A stretch of DNA of 64,000 nt from positions 5,717 to 69,716 of the IMG/VR virus record IMGVR_UViG_3300032218_000600. One strand, written 5' to 3'. The position numbers and the translations under genes were made by a program. Origin of the DNA: a virus (lineage: Duplodnaviria > Caudoviricetes). Every line of letters begins with the position of its first letter. The stretch's first letter is position 1. Shown here piece by piece: positions 36,872 through 46,912 of the stretch. The notes beneath the pieces are model-generated. The model searched no databases, was not told the DNA's origin, and saw only the letters and a list, made by a program, of their open reading frames with translations.

Positions 36872-39031
36872 ATGAGCTATCAAGTTAGATTTAGTGAATC
36901 AAACAATCCGCAAAAGTCAACTATTGTAGTTGAGGATCAAACTCTTAACACAGAAACTAGTTTAACCTTTGTTGGAAAAAACTATGCAGGATATGCTCAG
37001 TTTGTTGCAGAAAACTTTTTACACTTATTAGAAAATTTTGCTAAAAACGTAGCACCTTCTAACCCAGTTCAGGGACAGTTATGGTTTGATAATACTGCAG
37101 GTGTTAATCAACTTAAAGTATTTGACGGAACAACTTGGACAGCGGCTGGTAGTGTTAAAAAAGCAACAAGTGCTCCAGCAGTATCAAATAGTATTAGTGG
37201 AGATTTATGGGTAGACACTGATAATCAACAACTTTATATGTTCTCAGGTTCTAACTGGGTACTTATTGGTCCACAGTTTAGTGGAGGTTTACGAACTGGT
37301 CCAGAAGTTGAAAATATTATTGATGCATCAAATATCAGTCACGGTGTTGTTTCTCTGTACGCAGACGGCGACCGTATTGCTATTATAAGCAATACAGCCT
37401 TTACTCCTAAAGCATTGATCGAAGGTTTTACCGCAGTTGGCAAAGGTATTAATATAACAACAGTTGGATCGACTAGTTTAACTAACTCAACAAGACTTTG
37501 GGGTATAGCTACTGGTGCAGATTCGTTAGTTGTTAATAATACTTCAGTACCGTCAACTAGTTTCCTACGTTCAGATCAGATCAGTACTACAAACTTTGGA
37601 TTTAATGTAAGATCTAACAGCGGTATCGGCCTTGGCGGTGACTTGGGATTTAACATTGGTACCGACACTAACTCTGCAATACTATATCAGAAGACATCCA
37701 ATAGCGTTATTGATTTCAAGTTAACACTTGCAACAGGCGATCCTAAAACAGTTGTTCGTATAAATGCAACTGAAAATACTACATCAGTTGGTATTAACAA
37801 CACAGCACCACAAGAAGCACTTGATGTATCAGGTGTTATTCAAAGTGACACTAGACTAAACATTACTGGAACAGGTTCTACAAGTATATCAACTGCTGGT
37901 GGACTAGCAGTTGCAGGAACTTCTGCATTTAATGATGATTTGACAATAAATGGACAAGTACTTTTTAACTATTTAGATAGTAACGGGAATCCCGTTACAA
38001 CAAATCCAGTTATAGCCCCATTGACTACTGCTGAAAGCGGAAAGTATGATATTGGAGCCCCAGATAAAACGTTTAGAAATATCTACGCTGAAGCATTTGT
38101 TGGTAACTTTACAGGGTCATTCAGCGGAACATTAGCCGGTAATATTAGTGGCTCAGCCGCAAAGTTATCAAGCCCTACATTATTCCAACTGGTTGGTGAT
38201 GTAACAAGTAATGCTATTAGTTTTAACGGCCAAACTACTGAAGGAACAGCAATATTTAATACGTCCATTGGACAAGATATTATTTCTGCAAGAGATGAAG
38301 TACCTTCATCATACGGAACTGACCAGTTTCTCATACTAAGACAGGGTGTTGGCCTAAAAAAGATAACACGTTCTGCAATGTTTTCATCTGCAGCCACAGT
38401 ACCAACCGGTGCAATATTTCCATTTGCAGGAATAACAGTACCGCCGGGGTACTTGTTATGTGACGGCAGTGAAGTTAGACAGTCTCAATATCCTCAGTTA
38501 TTTGCAGTTATTGGGTATGCATACCGTGATATTTCTTTACTAAACGGTGCAAGTACATTTGCACTACCAGATTTACGTGGTCGATTCCCACTAGGTAAAG
38601 ATAGTATGAATAATAACCTTACTGTACCAAGTAAGGATAATAGTACAATTTTAATTAATGCGATACCAAATGATCCTGCTGATCGAGTAACAGATGTTAC
38701 CGCTGATGTAATAGGTGCAGGTAGCGGATCAGAAGAGATCAATATAGATATTAATAATATTCCAGAACATTCTCATAACTTGCGAGGAACATTGCCAAGT
38801 GGAGAAGTTGGAAATCAATATTATGCATTTAGAAACGTGCCTGGTTCGCCAGCTGATGTTGATGCCATTCCCGGTAACGGTGCAACTGGTGAAGGCCTTG
38901 GACAATACTTAACAGACAGCGGTGGTATTTTAACCGATGCGTTATCAGTTAAAGATTTAGGAACACCATTTAATGTAATGAATCCATATCAAACTATTAA
39001 CTATATCATTTATACTGGTATTTTATCATGA
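36872..39031 (+). CDS. Tail fibre with C-terminal tail-collar domain
   Basis: Shared fibre N-domain (GKNY.GY..ENFLHLLENFA, GQLWFD); collar motif PTGAIFPFAG..GYLLCDG..LPDLRGRFPLG..MNPY.TINYII. Confidence 0.8.
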   Translation: MSYQVRFSESNNPQKSTIVVEDQTLNTETSLTFVGKNYAGYAQFVAENFLHLLENFAKNVAPSNPVQGQLWFDNTAGVNQLKVFDGTTWTAAGSVKKATSAPAVSNSISGDLWVDTDNQQLYMFSGSNWVLIGPQFSGGLRTGPEVENIIDASNISHGVVSLYADGDRIAIISNTAFTPKALIEGFTAVGKGINITTVGSTSLTNSTRLWGIATGADSLVVNNTSVPSTSFLRSDQISTTNFGFNVRSNSGIGLGGDLGFNIGTDTNSAILYQKTSNSVIDFKLTLATGDPKTVVRINATENTTSVGINNTAPQEALDVSGVIQSDTRLNITGTGSTSISTAGGLAVAGTSAFNDDLTINGQVLFNYLDSNGNPVTTNPVIAPLTTAESGKYDIGAPDKTFRNIYAEAFVGNFTGSFSGTLAGNISGSAAKLSSPTLFQLVGDVTSNAISFNGQTTEGTAIFNTSIGQDIISARDEVPSSYGTDQFLILRQGVGLKKITRSAMFSSAATVPTGAIFPFAGITVPPGYLLCDGSEVRQSQYPQLFAVIGYAYRDISLLNGASTFALPDLRGRFPLGKDSMNNNLTVPSKDNSTILINAIPNDPADRVTDVTADVIGAGSGSEEINIDINNIPEHSHNLRGTLPSGEVGNQYYAFRNVPGSPADVDAIPGNGATGEGLGQYLTDSGGILTDALSVKDLGTPFNVMNPYQTINYIIYTGILS

Positions 39032-40887
39032 GCTATATTATAAACAAAACAGACGGAACAGTATTAACTGAAGTTGTTGACGGTACTATTGATCAAATAA
39101 CAACTGATTTAACGCTTATTGGTAAAAACTCTAGTACCTACGGTGAGTTTTTAAATGAGAACTTTGTAAAACTTTTAGAAAATTTTGCCAATACTAGTTC
39201 TCCTACAAATCCTATAACCGGTCAGCTTTGGTTTGATACAACAGAAAACAGATTAAAAATATATGACGGCAGCGGATTTAGAGTTAGTGGTGGCACACTA
39301 GTAGCATCTACCCCGCCTAGCGGACTAGTACAAGGTGACATTTGGATTGACAGTAATAGAAAACAGTTATTTTTCTATGACGGTACTCAACTTACATTAG
39401 CAGGACCTCCATATACAAACCAACAAGGTCTTACTGGTCTTACTATAGAATCAGTATTAGATACAAATCAGATTAGTCATACTGTAGCTTTTTTATATGT
39501 TAACCAAACGTTATTGGGTGCATTTAGTAAAGACGAGTTTACTCCCGCAACATCGGTTGTAGGCCTTTCTGGAAAAATTTATACTGGATTTACTGCTGGT
39601 ACATTGTCTGGAATGGAGTTTAAAACTACAGCAACTAAAGCAAAACAGTTGATTGCTACAGACGGTTCAATATTTACAGCAGAAAGTTTCTTAACAAAAG
39701 TTGGAAACGCTACGGTACAAGGGAAGTTTACTATTTTAAATAGTGTTCCTTTGGTATTAGGCCCTTCTCAAAATACTGAAATCAGAGTAACCGACACTAA
39801 CTTCAACATAGTAGCCAACAACTCAGGTCAAGACTTTGCTATAAAAATTAAAAATGGCGCTGTGATTAAATCAGCTATTCAAGTCAAAGCAACTACAGAA
39901 AGAGTTGGTATTCTTACAGATGCTCCTACAGCTACTTTAGATGTTAACGGTGATACTCGTATCAGAGGTAACTTAACAGTAGAAGGTACATCTACTGTTA
40001 TTCAAAGTTCTACATTATCTGTAACTGATAAAAATATTGAACTAGCAAAATCTGATGTTCCAACCGACACACTAGCAGATGGAGGCGGCATTACATTAAA
40101 AGGCACATCGGATCACACAATTCTTTGGTCTAAAGACGCAGTTGATGTTGCAAAAAGCAACTGGACATTTAGTGACCACATTAGTTTAGCTACGGGAAAA
40201 ACTTATAAAATAAACAACGTTGATGTTATAACAGCAACTTCGTTAGGTAATAGTATTGCCAGTGCTCCTGGTTTAAGATCATTAGGTAATCTATTAACAT
40301 TAACAGTTGATAATATTAGTATTAATGATAATACAATCAGCGCAAATAATAATGATGGTAATATTGTATTAAATCCGGCTGGTTCAGGTTATATTGATGC
40401 ATCTAACGCAAAACTTAAAAATCTAGCAGATCCTGTAGATAATCAAGATGCAGTTACTCTAAAATATTTCAGTGAACATATTACTGGTTTTCCTATTTCA
40501 ATATCATTAGATATAACAGGATTATCGGCAACGACTCCGTTAGTTTATAATCAAATAGCTACAATATTAGGAGATGTATTCCCAACATCAGAGCACCCAG
40601 ACGGTACACTATGTAGGGTATATGCTACAAGACAAGTAATAACATATCCTGCAATATCAGTAACTAAAGGAACAGCAGGATCTGGAGCAGATATTATTGC
40701 ATCTTTTGTTACTGTAAATAAAGGCGCATTACAGAATAATCAAACAGTAATGCAAGATTTTTCAATAAATCCGATTAATGCAGGAACAGCTACAACGACA
40801 TATACAAGAAAACTGTATGTTTTTAAAACTGTTCTAGGAGATTGGGAGTTCTACGAAGAAACTGCCCTTACTCCGTTGCCCACATAA
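39028..40887 (+). CDS. Tail fibre protein
   Basis: Same N-domain (LIGKN..YGE..NENFVKLLENFA, GQLWFD); PTATLDVNG and beta-repeats. Confidence 0.75.
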   Translation: MSYIINKTDGTVLTEVVDGTIDQITTDLTLIGKNSSTYGEFLNENFVKLLENFANTSSPTNPITGQLWFDTTENRLKIYDGSGFRVSGGTLVASTPPSGLVQGDIWIDSNRKQLFFYDGTQLTLAGPPYTNQQGLTGLTIESVLDTNQISHTVAFLYVNQTLLGAFSKDEFTPATSVVGLSGKIYTGFTAGTLSGMEFKTTATKAKQLIATDGSIFTAESFLTKVGNATVQGKFTILNSVPLVLGPSQNTEIRVTDTNFNIVANNSGQDFAIKIKNGAVIKSAIQVKATTERVGILTDAPTATLDVNGDTRIRGNLTVEGTSTVIQSSTLSVTDKNIELAKSDVPTDTLADGGGITLKGTSDHTILWSKDAVDVAKSNWTFSDHISLATGKTYKINNVDVITATSLGNSIASAPGLRSLGNLLTLTVDNISINDNTISANNNDGNIVLNPAGSGYIDASNAKLKNLADPVDNQDAVTLKYFSEHITGFPISISLDITGLSATTPLVYNQIATILGDVFPTSEHPDGTLCRVYATRQVITYPAISVTKGTAGSGADIIASFVTVNKGALQNNQTVMQDFSINPINAGTATTTYTRKLYVFKTVLGDWEFYEETALTPLPT

Positions 40888-40889
40888 CG

Positions 40890-40897
40890 ATAAATAC
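40890..40897 (+). promoter_or_regulatory. Late promoter ATAAATAC
   Basis: Octamer in the 29-bp gap before the third fibre gene; lacks the upstream GTTAAT element. Confidence 0.55.
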
Positions 40898-40916
40898 TAG
40901 GAACGAGGAATAAACA

Positions 40917-42395
40917 ATGGCATATACCATTAATCATTACGATCAGTCACAAGTTACTGTAATAGCAGACGGTACTATTGATAACACATTAGATATCAAA
41001 CTTATCGGCAAGAACTATGCAGGATACGGTGAAGTACAAAACGAAAATCTAGTGTTTTTACTAGAAAACTTTGCCAGCGCAACTCCTGGGCCAGCAAAAC
41101 CTATTAGAGGTCAAATTTGGTTCGATATTGGCGCAAGTAAGCTAAAGTTTTACGATGAAAACGGCAAGTGGCGTACAACTGGTGGTGCCGAAGTTACTAC
41201 CGGTACTAGACCGACAGGATTATCAACAGGTGATTTTTGGTTCAATGAAACAAATGAACAGTTATATGCTTATGTAAAATCAAGAAACGATTATGTGTTG
41301 ATTGGCCCACAAGCAGTTGCAGGTAGCGGTACAACACAGATGATTTCAAGAAGTTTACTTGATGATCAAGATCAACCGCATGCTATTATTGAAGCGGTAG
41401 TAGATGATGTTACAGTTTACATTATTTCGTCAGATACATTTACTTTAAAAACACCTAATACACCTGCTGGTTTTACAGTTATTAAAACTGGATTAACATT
41501 ACCATATACTCCCGGATCAGGTGTAAACTCTGGTGTAACCAGTACAGATGTTAGATTCTGGGGAACAGCAACTAACGCTGATAAACTAGGTGGTGTATCA
41601 GCAGAAAACTTTGTTCAAGCAGGCGATGCTAACTTTAACAGTCAAGTACACTTTGGTGATATTGGTTACTTATTAGGTAACGATAATAGACTTAGAGTTT
41701 TTATCGATTCAGGAACACCGGTTGTACAAAACTTGTTGAGCACAGACATTGTCTTTAAAACTAAAGTTAGTGGAAATGAAAAAACACCATTAAAACTATC
41801 TGGATCAGATATGCTGCCAGGTGCAGACGGTGTGTCTAAAATTGGTTCTGAAAGTTTCCAGTTTGCCAATGTATATTCAAATCTATTTACAGGCCCTGCT
41901 ACAAAAGCTAACAGTTTACAAGTTGGTAATGATTATAGAACCGCAAGCATTGCTTCAAGTTCAAATACAGTACCAGTTAGAGATGCAGACGGATTTATAT
42001 TTGCATCTGAGTTTCATGGAACAGCTACAGCCGCATACTTTGCTGACTTGGCAGAAAAATATCTTGCTGATGCAGACTACGAAGTTGGTACAGTTGTAGC
42101 AGTTGGTGGCGAAAAAGAAGTAACAGCATCTAACTATGGCGATCTCGCTATTGGTGTTGTTAGTGCTAACCCAGCGTTTAAAATGAATAGTGAACTTGAA
42201 GGCGGTACATATATTGCTCTAAAAGGTCGTGTTCCTGTTAAGGTAACTGGCGCAGTTCGTAAAGGCCAACGTTTAGTTGCAGCCAATAACGGAACAGCAG
42301 TTGCCGCAGTACCTCATGCTAATGATGTGTTTGCTGTAGCACTAGAATCTAATGATGCTATAGAAACAAAACTCATTGAATGTGTAATATTATAA
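40917..42395 (+). CDS. Tail fibre with C-terminal intramolecular-chaperone-like domain
   Basis: Same N-domain; C-terminal ADLAEKY..D..YEVGTVV..GGEKEV...GRVPVKV.G typical of self-cleaving fibre chaperones. Confidence 0.75.
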   Translation: MAYTINHYDQSQVTVIADGTIDNTLDIKLIGKNYAGYGEVQNENLVFLLENFASATPGPAKPIRGQIWFDIGASKLKFYDENGKWRTTGGAEVTTGTRPTGLSTGDFWFNETNEQLYAYVKSRNDYVLIGPQAVAGSGTTQMISRSLLDDQDQPHAIIEAVVDDVTVYIISSDTFTLKTPNTPAGFTVIKTGLTLPYTPGSGVNSGVTSTDVRFWGTATNADKLGGVSAENFVQAGDANFNSQVHFGDIGYLLGNDNRLRVFIDSGTPVVQNLLSTDIVFKTKVSGNEKTPLKLSGSDMLPGADGVSKIGSESFQFANVYSNLFTGPATKANSLQVGNDYRTASIASSSNTVPVRDADGFIFASEFHGTATAAYFADLAEKYLADADYEVGTVVAVGGEKEVTASNYGDLAIGVVSANPAFKMNSELEGGTYIALKGRVPVKVTGAVRKGQRLVAANNGTAVAAVPHANDVFAVALESNDAIETKLIECVIL

Positions 42396-42405
42396 GGATT
42401 TAAAA

Positions 42406-43302
42406 ATGGCAGGCGTTGGAACGTTAATTTCGGCAGCAGAGTATAATAATATTCAAGCAAAAATTTCAGTAGTCCTTGGATCAGGTTCTGGTCAAACTGG
42501 CTACGGGCAATCGTTACAAAGCGGACAAGTGGTCCCCGGCGATAAGATTCGTGTTGGTCAGTGGTTAAATCTTCGTACAGATTTGCTTAAGGCTAGACAG
42601 CATCAAACTGGCGCCGACGAGTCAGGTAACCTAACAATTCCAACTACCAGCATAACAGTATCAGAGGCATTAAGAGTACAGTATAGTGGCTTTGCTGATA
42701 TAGTTACTACAGATAAATTTATGATTGACGGTTCGCAAGCAACTTTAGAACCGTTGATTACTGGTTCAATAGGTACATGGAACGGTGTTAGAACTAACGT
42801 TGTTACTATAACTTTTTCTAGTGCAGATCGAGCAAGAAACTTTTTTAATGCTGGTGGCGACCTAAGAGTAACATCAAGTAGAAGTGGCGGTGGTGGTGGT
42901 TCAAAAAATGATACCTGGACAACCATGTTAGATCAGTCTGGTTCTGTTATTATTAACTATACTACTACTATTTCAACAGGTTCGTCACCGGGCACAGTGT
43001 ATAATATTGGTTTTTACGGGCTTACTACTTCTAACCAAACTATCTATTGGAAGCCTGCGCCAGCTGGAAACTATGCTGCCAATGATTACTACGTTTATGC
43101 TAGAAAATCATCGGATGGTACACAAGTTATCATTACATCAGAGTTTAGAGATGACGACACTGGATCTGGTTCAAGTGTATATCCTTCAACACCAGTTGAC
43201 GAGGATGTAACTGGTACAACATCCAACACTATCCAGATTTTTAGACCCACTGGTTCAAATGTGTCTGTAGCGGCACCTACTGCAACTAAATCCGGATTCT
43301 AA
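42406..43302 (+). CDS. Virion structural protein
   Basis: Gly/Thr/Ser-rich; AEYNNIQ..GYGQ, RNFFNAGG; located in the tail operon. Confidence 0.5.
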   Translation: MAGVGTLISAAEYNNIQAKISVVLGSGSGQTGYGQSLQSGQVVPGDKIRVGQWLNLRTDLLKARQHQTGADESGNLTIPTTSITVSEALRVQYSGFADIVTTDKFMIDGSQATLEPLITGSIGTWNGVRTNVVTITFSSADRARNFFNAGGDLRVTSSRSGGGGGSKNDTWTTMLDQSGSVIINYTTTISTGSSPGTVYNIGFYGLTTSNQTIYWKPAPAGNYAANDYYVYARKSSDGTQVIITSEFRDDDTGSGSSVYPSTPVDEDVTGTTSNTIQIFRPTGSNVSVAAPTATKSGF

Positions 43303-43355
43303 TCCCCTGCTGTTCTAAATAGATAATTACTTGACAAGCTCAAGTGAGGATTACT

Positions 43356-43706
43356 ATGGATGAACGAGTAGAAAAGGCATTTGCTGTTGCCAACTATATG
43401 GCAACATTGTCAAATCAAAAACGCATAATCAAAGAAGAATTTGATCAAAAACTAGCGTTTTACATCAACGGCGGAACTTTCTCAGTAACCCCCGATTTAA
43501 TAGCATTTACAAAATCGTTGGTTGATTTGGGTCATACCCAAGAAATTACATTTATTGATCTAAATAAAATGCCCATTATGATAAGTGATGTGCAGAAATT
43601 TTTACAAGATATTGTTTCAGTTTACTTTGAAGCAGTTAATGAATACAGTTCAAAGCACGCCGAAATTAAATCTAAGAGAAAACTTAGCGATATTGTTGAC
43701 CTATGA
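43356..43706 (+). CDS. Hypothetical protein
   Basis: ATG at 43356 with GAGGA RBS (the track start is 43344); overlaps the next gene (ATGA). Confidence 0.6.
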   Translation: MDERVEKAFAVANYMATLSNQKRIIKEEFDQKLAFYINGGTFSVTPDLIAFTKSLVDLGHTQEITFIDLNKMPIMISDVQKFLQDIVSVYFEAVNEYSSKHAEIKSKRKLSDIVDL

Positions 43707-44560
43707 CACACGGCATACTTATTTTTGCTCAAAATAATAATGCTATTGATTATGTCAAGATGGCAATTTTTTCAGCAAAACAAGCAATCAAACATTTAAA
43801 TCTTCCTGTTAGTTTAGTAACTGACAGCGAAGAATGGTTGCGATCTAACTATCCAGATGATGTAGAGATATTTGATAAAATTCTTCCTATTGAGTGGACA
43901 ACTACTACACAATCTAAAAGATTTCATGACGGTTCACTTGCGTCAAGTACATATGAGTGGAAAAACTTATCTAGATCTAGTGTATACGATTTGTCGCCAT
44001 ACGATAAAACGTTAGTGATCGATAGCGATTATATTATTAACTCTAATGTATTAGCCGACGCATTTAAAAATGATCATGCATTTCAAATATATCAAAAGTC
44101 TGTTGATCTAGCAGGTTGGAGAAATACATCTAGTTTTACTAGATTAAATCCTCGATCGATAAAGTTTTACTGGGCCACTGCTTTTGTTTTTGAAAAGAAT
44201 CCAGTTACAAAATCATTTTTTGATTTAATAAATTTTATAAAAGATAACTGGAAGTACTATCGAACATTGTATCATATAGAAACTTCCACATTTAGAAATG
44301 ATTATGCTTTTAGTATTGCAATACATATAATGAACGGCAGCGTTGATTACAGTGACTTTGCAGTACCGCTTCCTGGATCTATGACATATACTCTTGATAG
44401 AGATATATTTGTTTCTATGACTGATAACAAAATGAAATTTTTAGTTGAAAAGAAAGGTTATCGAGGTGAGTACATTTTTGCTAAAACAACAGGACTTGAT
44501 GTGCATGTGATGAATAAACATAGCCTCTCAAGGTTCTTAGACGGAGGTCAAGGTGTCTAA
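43703..44560 (+). CDS. GT-A-like glycosyltransferase (GT8/mannosyltransferase-like)
   Basis: SPYDKTLVIDSDY (DxD), FRNDYAFSIA, terminal HVMNK. Confidence 0.55.
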   Translation: MTHGILIFAQNNNAIDYVKMAIFSAKQAIKHLNLPVSLVTDSEEWLRSNYPDDVEIFDKILPIEWTTTTQSKRFHDGSLASSTYEWKNLSRSSVYDLSPYDKTLVIDSDYIINSNVLADAFKNDHAFQIYQKSVDLAGWRNTSSFTRLNPRSIKFYWATAFVFEKNPVTKSFFDLINFIKDNWKYYRTLYHIETSTFRNDYAFSIAIHIMNGSVDYSDFAVPLPGSMTYTLDRDIFVSMTDNKMKFLVEKKGYRGEYIFAKTTGLDVHVMNKHSLSRFLDGGQGV

Positions 44561-45404
44561 AGGTTTCCTAGTAATAGCACAAAATACTGAAAATGTTGAC
44601 TATGTCAAACAAGCCTATGCATTGGCATTAAGTATCAAAGCAACTCAAAGTACAGTAACTAACATTTCAGTAGTTACAAATGATCCGGTTCCAGAAGAAT
44701 ACAGAAATGTATTTGATCAAGTTATTGAAATCTTATGGTCTGATGATGCAAAAGATTCTAACTGGAAAGTTGAGAATCGTTGGAAAATGTATTATCAATC
44801 TCCATATGATGAAACTATTGTACTAGATACAGATATGTTATTCCTTGAAGATATTTCTAGTTGGTGGGAACATTGTGAAGGCAGTGACCTTAAATTTTGT
44901 TCAAGAATAAAAAACTATAGAAATGAGTTAATAGAACAAGATACATATCATAGAAAAGCATTTATTTCAAACGGACTGTCAAATCCGTATACTGCATTAC
45001 ACTATTTTAAAAAATCTGATCTTGCACTTACGTTTTATAAAGTCTTAACATTTGTGGTTAGAAATTGGCAGTTGTGTTATCAAAAGTTTGCTCCACAAAA
45101 CTATCAGCCTTGGCTAAGTATTGATCTTGCCGCAGCCATTGCTATTGAAATAATGGATGTTGAAAGTTTAGTTATTGACAAATATTCTCCGTTAGAGTTT
45201 GTACACATGAAACTACCGTTACAAGGTGCCGATACAAACAATGCATATTGGCAAGATCTTTTTTATCAACATTTTAATAAGAACTATGATCTTGTTATAG
45301 GAAACTATAAACAACAATATCTATTTCATTATGTTGAGAAAGATTTTTTAAATGACAACTTAATTTTTAAACTAGAACAAAGGGTAAAAAATGGAAGAAC
45401 TTGA
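44553..45404 (+). CDS. GT-A-like glycosyltransferase, paralogue of the preceding gene
   Basis: SPYDETIVLDTDMLF (DxD), FVHMK, LFHY. Confidence 0.55.
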   Translation: MSKGFLVIAQNTENVDYVKQAYALALSIKATQSTVTNISVVTNDPVPEEYRNVFDQVIEILWSDDAKDSNWKVENRWKMYYQSPYDETIVLDTDMLFLEDISSWWEHCEGSDLKFCSRIKNYRNELIEQDTYHRKAFISNGLSNPYTALHYFKKSDLALTFYKVLTFVVRNWQLCYQKFAPQNYQPWLSIDLAAAIAIEIMDVESLVIDKYSPLEFVHMKLPLQGADTNNAYWQDLFYQHFNKNYDLVIGNYKQQYLFHYVEKDFLNDNLIFKLEQRVKNGRT

Positions 45405-46002
45405 TGATGAAATTGAATATCTTTCTGAAGAAGAACTTGCACAAGCTCTAGCACTTTGTTCTTTTACAAATACACACTTTGTATATTTTGAAGAAAACGG
45501 TGATATAACCTCAATAACAAATGAGAAAAAACCAGGTAACTCTTCCTACATAGAGTATCGGTACGAAGATGTGAAAGAGTTTTTAACAGGAAAAATAAAC
45601 CTGTTAGACTACAGGCTAATATTAAATACCAAACACGAGCCGGTTATCATTAAAAAGACAGCCGAAGCAGACTATGTTACATATAGTTTTAAAGTTATAG
45701 AACCTTACACAAAAGATCCAGTTATTCTAGTAGTTTGGAATAAAACAGAAAAAATGTGGCATGTATCTATTAATAAACAAATGCCAGTATACTCTGGGAT
45801 TAATAGTACACTTTCTTTCTTTGTTACTTTTGAAAAAAATATAGATTTTTTAATACGCTCTTTTCATATAGAAATGAAAGACCTTATTACTAAAGATGTA
45901 GTCGATATTCCTTTCACTTCTAAGTTTGAAGATGATATAGAATCGATATTGCTTACAACTGGAAAGTTTGTACATTCGTATGGATTAGAAATACATGAAT
46001 AA
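45391..46002 (+). CDS. Hypothetical protein in the glycosyltransferase cluster
   Basis: 203-aa ORF overlapping both neighbours; no recognised motif. Confidence 0.55.
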   Translation: MEELDDEIEYLSEEELAQALALCSFTNTHFVYFEENGDITSITNEKKPGNSSYIEYRYEDVKEFLTGKINLLDYRLILNTKHEPVIIKKTAEADYVTYSFKVIEPYTKDPVILVVWNKTEKMWHVSINKQMPVYSGINSTLSFFVTFEKNIDFLIRSFHIEMKDLITKDVVDIPFTSKFEDDIESILLTTGKFVHSYGLEIHE

Positions 46003-46912
46003 GTTAAAAGTTGCTGATTTTGATATTATATATCTCAGTTATGATGAACCAAATGCTGAGAAAAATTATGCTGACCTATTGACAAAAGTGCCTTGGGCAA
46101 AACGTGTACATGGTGTACACGGTAGCGATGCCGCACATAAAGCCTGTGCAGAACTTAGTGAAACAGATAGATTTGTTACAGTAGACGGCGACAACATTGT
46201 TAGAGAAGAGTTTTTAAATCAAGAAGTTGATTTTGAAGAACATAAAGATTTAAGCAAGTGTGTTATTAGTTGGGCCGGGTACAATATTATTAATGGATTA
46301 ATGTACGGCAACGGCGGATTAAAACTTTGGCCTAAAGAGTATGTTCTTAACATGCGTACACACGAAAACGCACCCGCTGACGATCTCAACGCCCAAGTAG
46401 ATTTTTGCTGGGACGCAGAATATATTCAAATGAATAGTTGTTTTAGCGATGTACACAATAATGCCACTGCTTACCAAGCATGGAGAGCAGGATTCCGTGA
46501 AGGTGTAAAAATGTCGTTGGATCGCGGGTTACGTGTTAATCCTCTTAACTTTGAACAAACAATACATTGGAAAAACATGCAAAGACTACTCATTTGGTTA
46601 AATGTTGGCGCAGATGTTAAAAACGGTTTGTGGGCAATGTTAGGAGCCCGTCATGGTTGTTATAAAACAAATCTATCAAGTTGGGATTATGTAAATGTTC
46701 GTGATTTTAAGTTGTTAGATGAAATTTTTAAAGAAGATCTAGAAGGTATTACTGACAATAATATTTTAGATAAGATTAACTTTTACGGCACTGAGCTAAA
46801 ACATCAACTTGATTTAGATTGTGCTACTCTTGATGCTGATGCAAGTAAGTTTTTTAAAAAAGTTCATTTGAATCAATATCGCAAGGGATTTGGATTTTTG
46901 GATAAAGAATGA
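45995..46912 (+). CDS. GT2-like glycosyltransferase
   Basis: DIIYLSYDEP, AHKACA, FVTVDGDN (DxD), YGNGGLKLW, AWRAGFREG.KM. Confidence 0.55.
   Translation: MNKLKVADFDIIYLSYDEPNAEKNYADLLTKVPWAKRVHGVHGSDAAHKACAELSETDRFVTVDGDNIVREEFLNQEVDFEEHKDLSKCVISWAGYNIINGLMYGNGGLKLWPKEYVLNMRTHENAPADDLNAQVDFCWDAEYIQMNSCFSDVHNNATAYQAWRAGFREGVKMSLDRGLRVNPLNFEQTIHWKNMQRLLIWLNVGADVKNGLWAMLGARHGCYKTNLSSWDYVNVRDFKLLDEIFKEDLEGITDNNILDKINFYGTELKHQLDLDCATLDADASKFFKKVHLNQYRKGFGFLDKE

Noticed and set aside
43327-43345. TTGACA and a small CTTGA/TCAAG hairpin before the glycosyltransferase cluster
   Set aside because: No -10 hexamer at 16-18 bp spacing. The hairpin is short with no U-tract, so no function can be supported.
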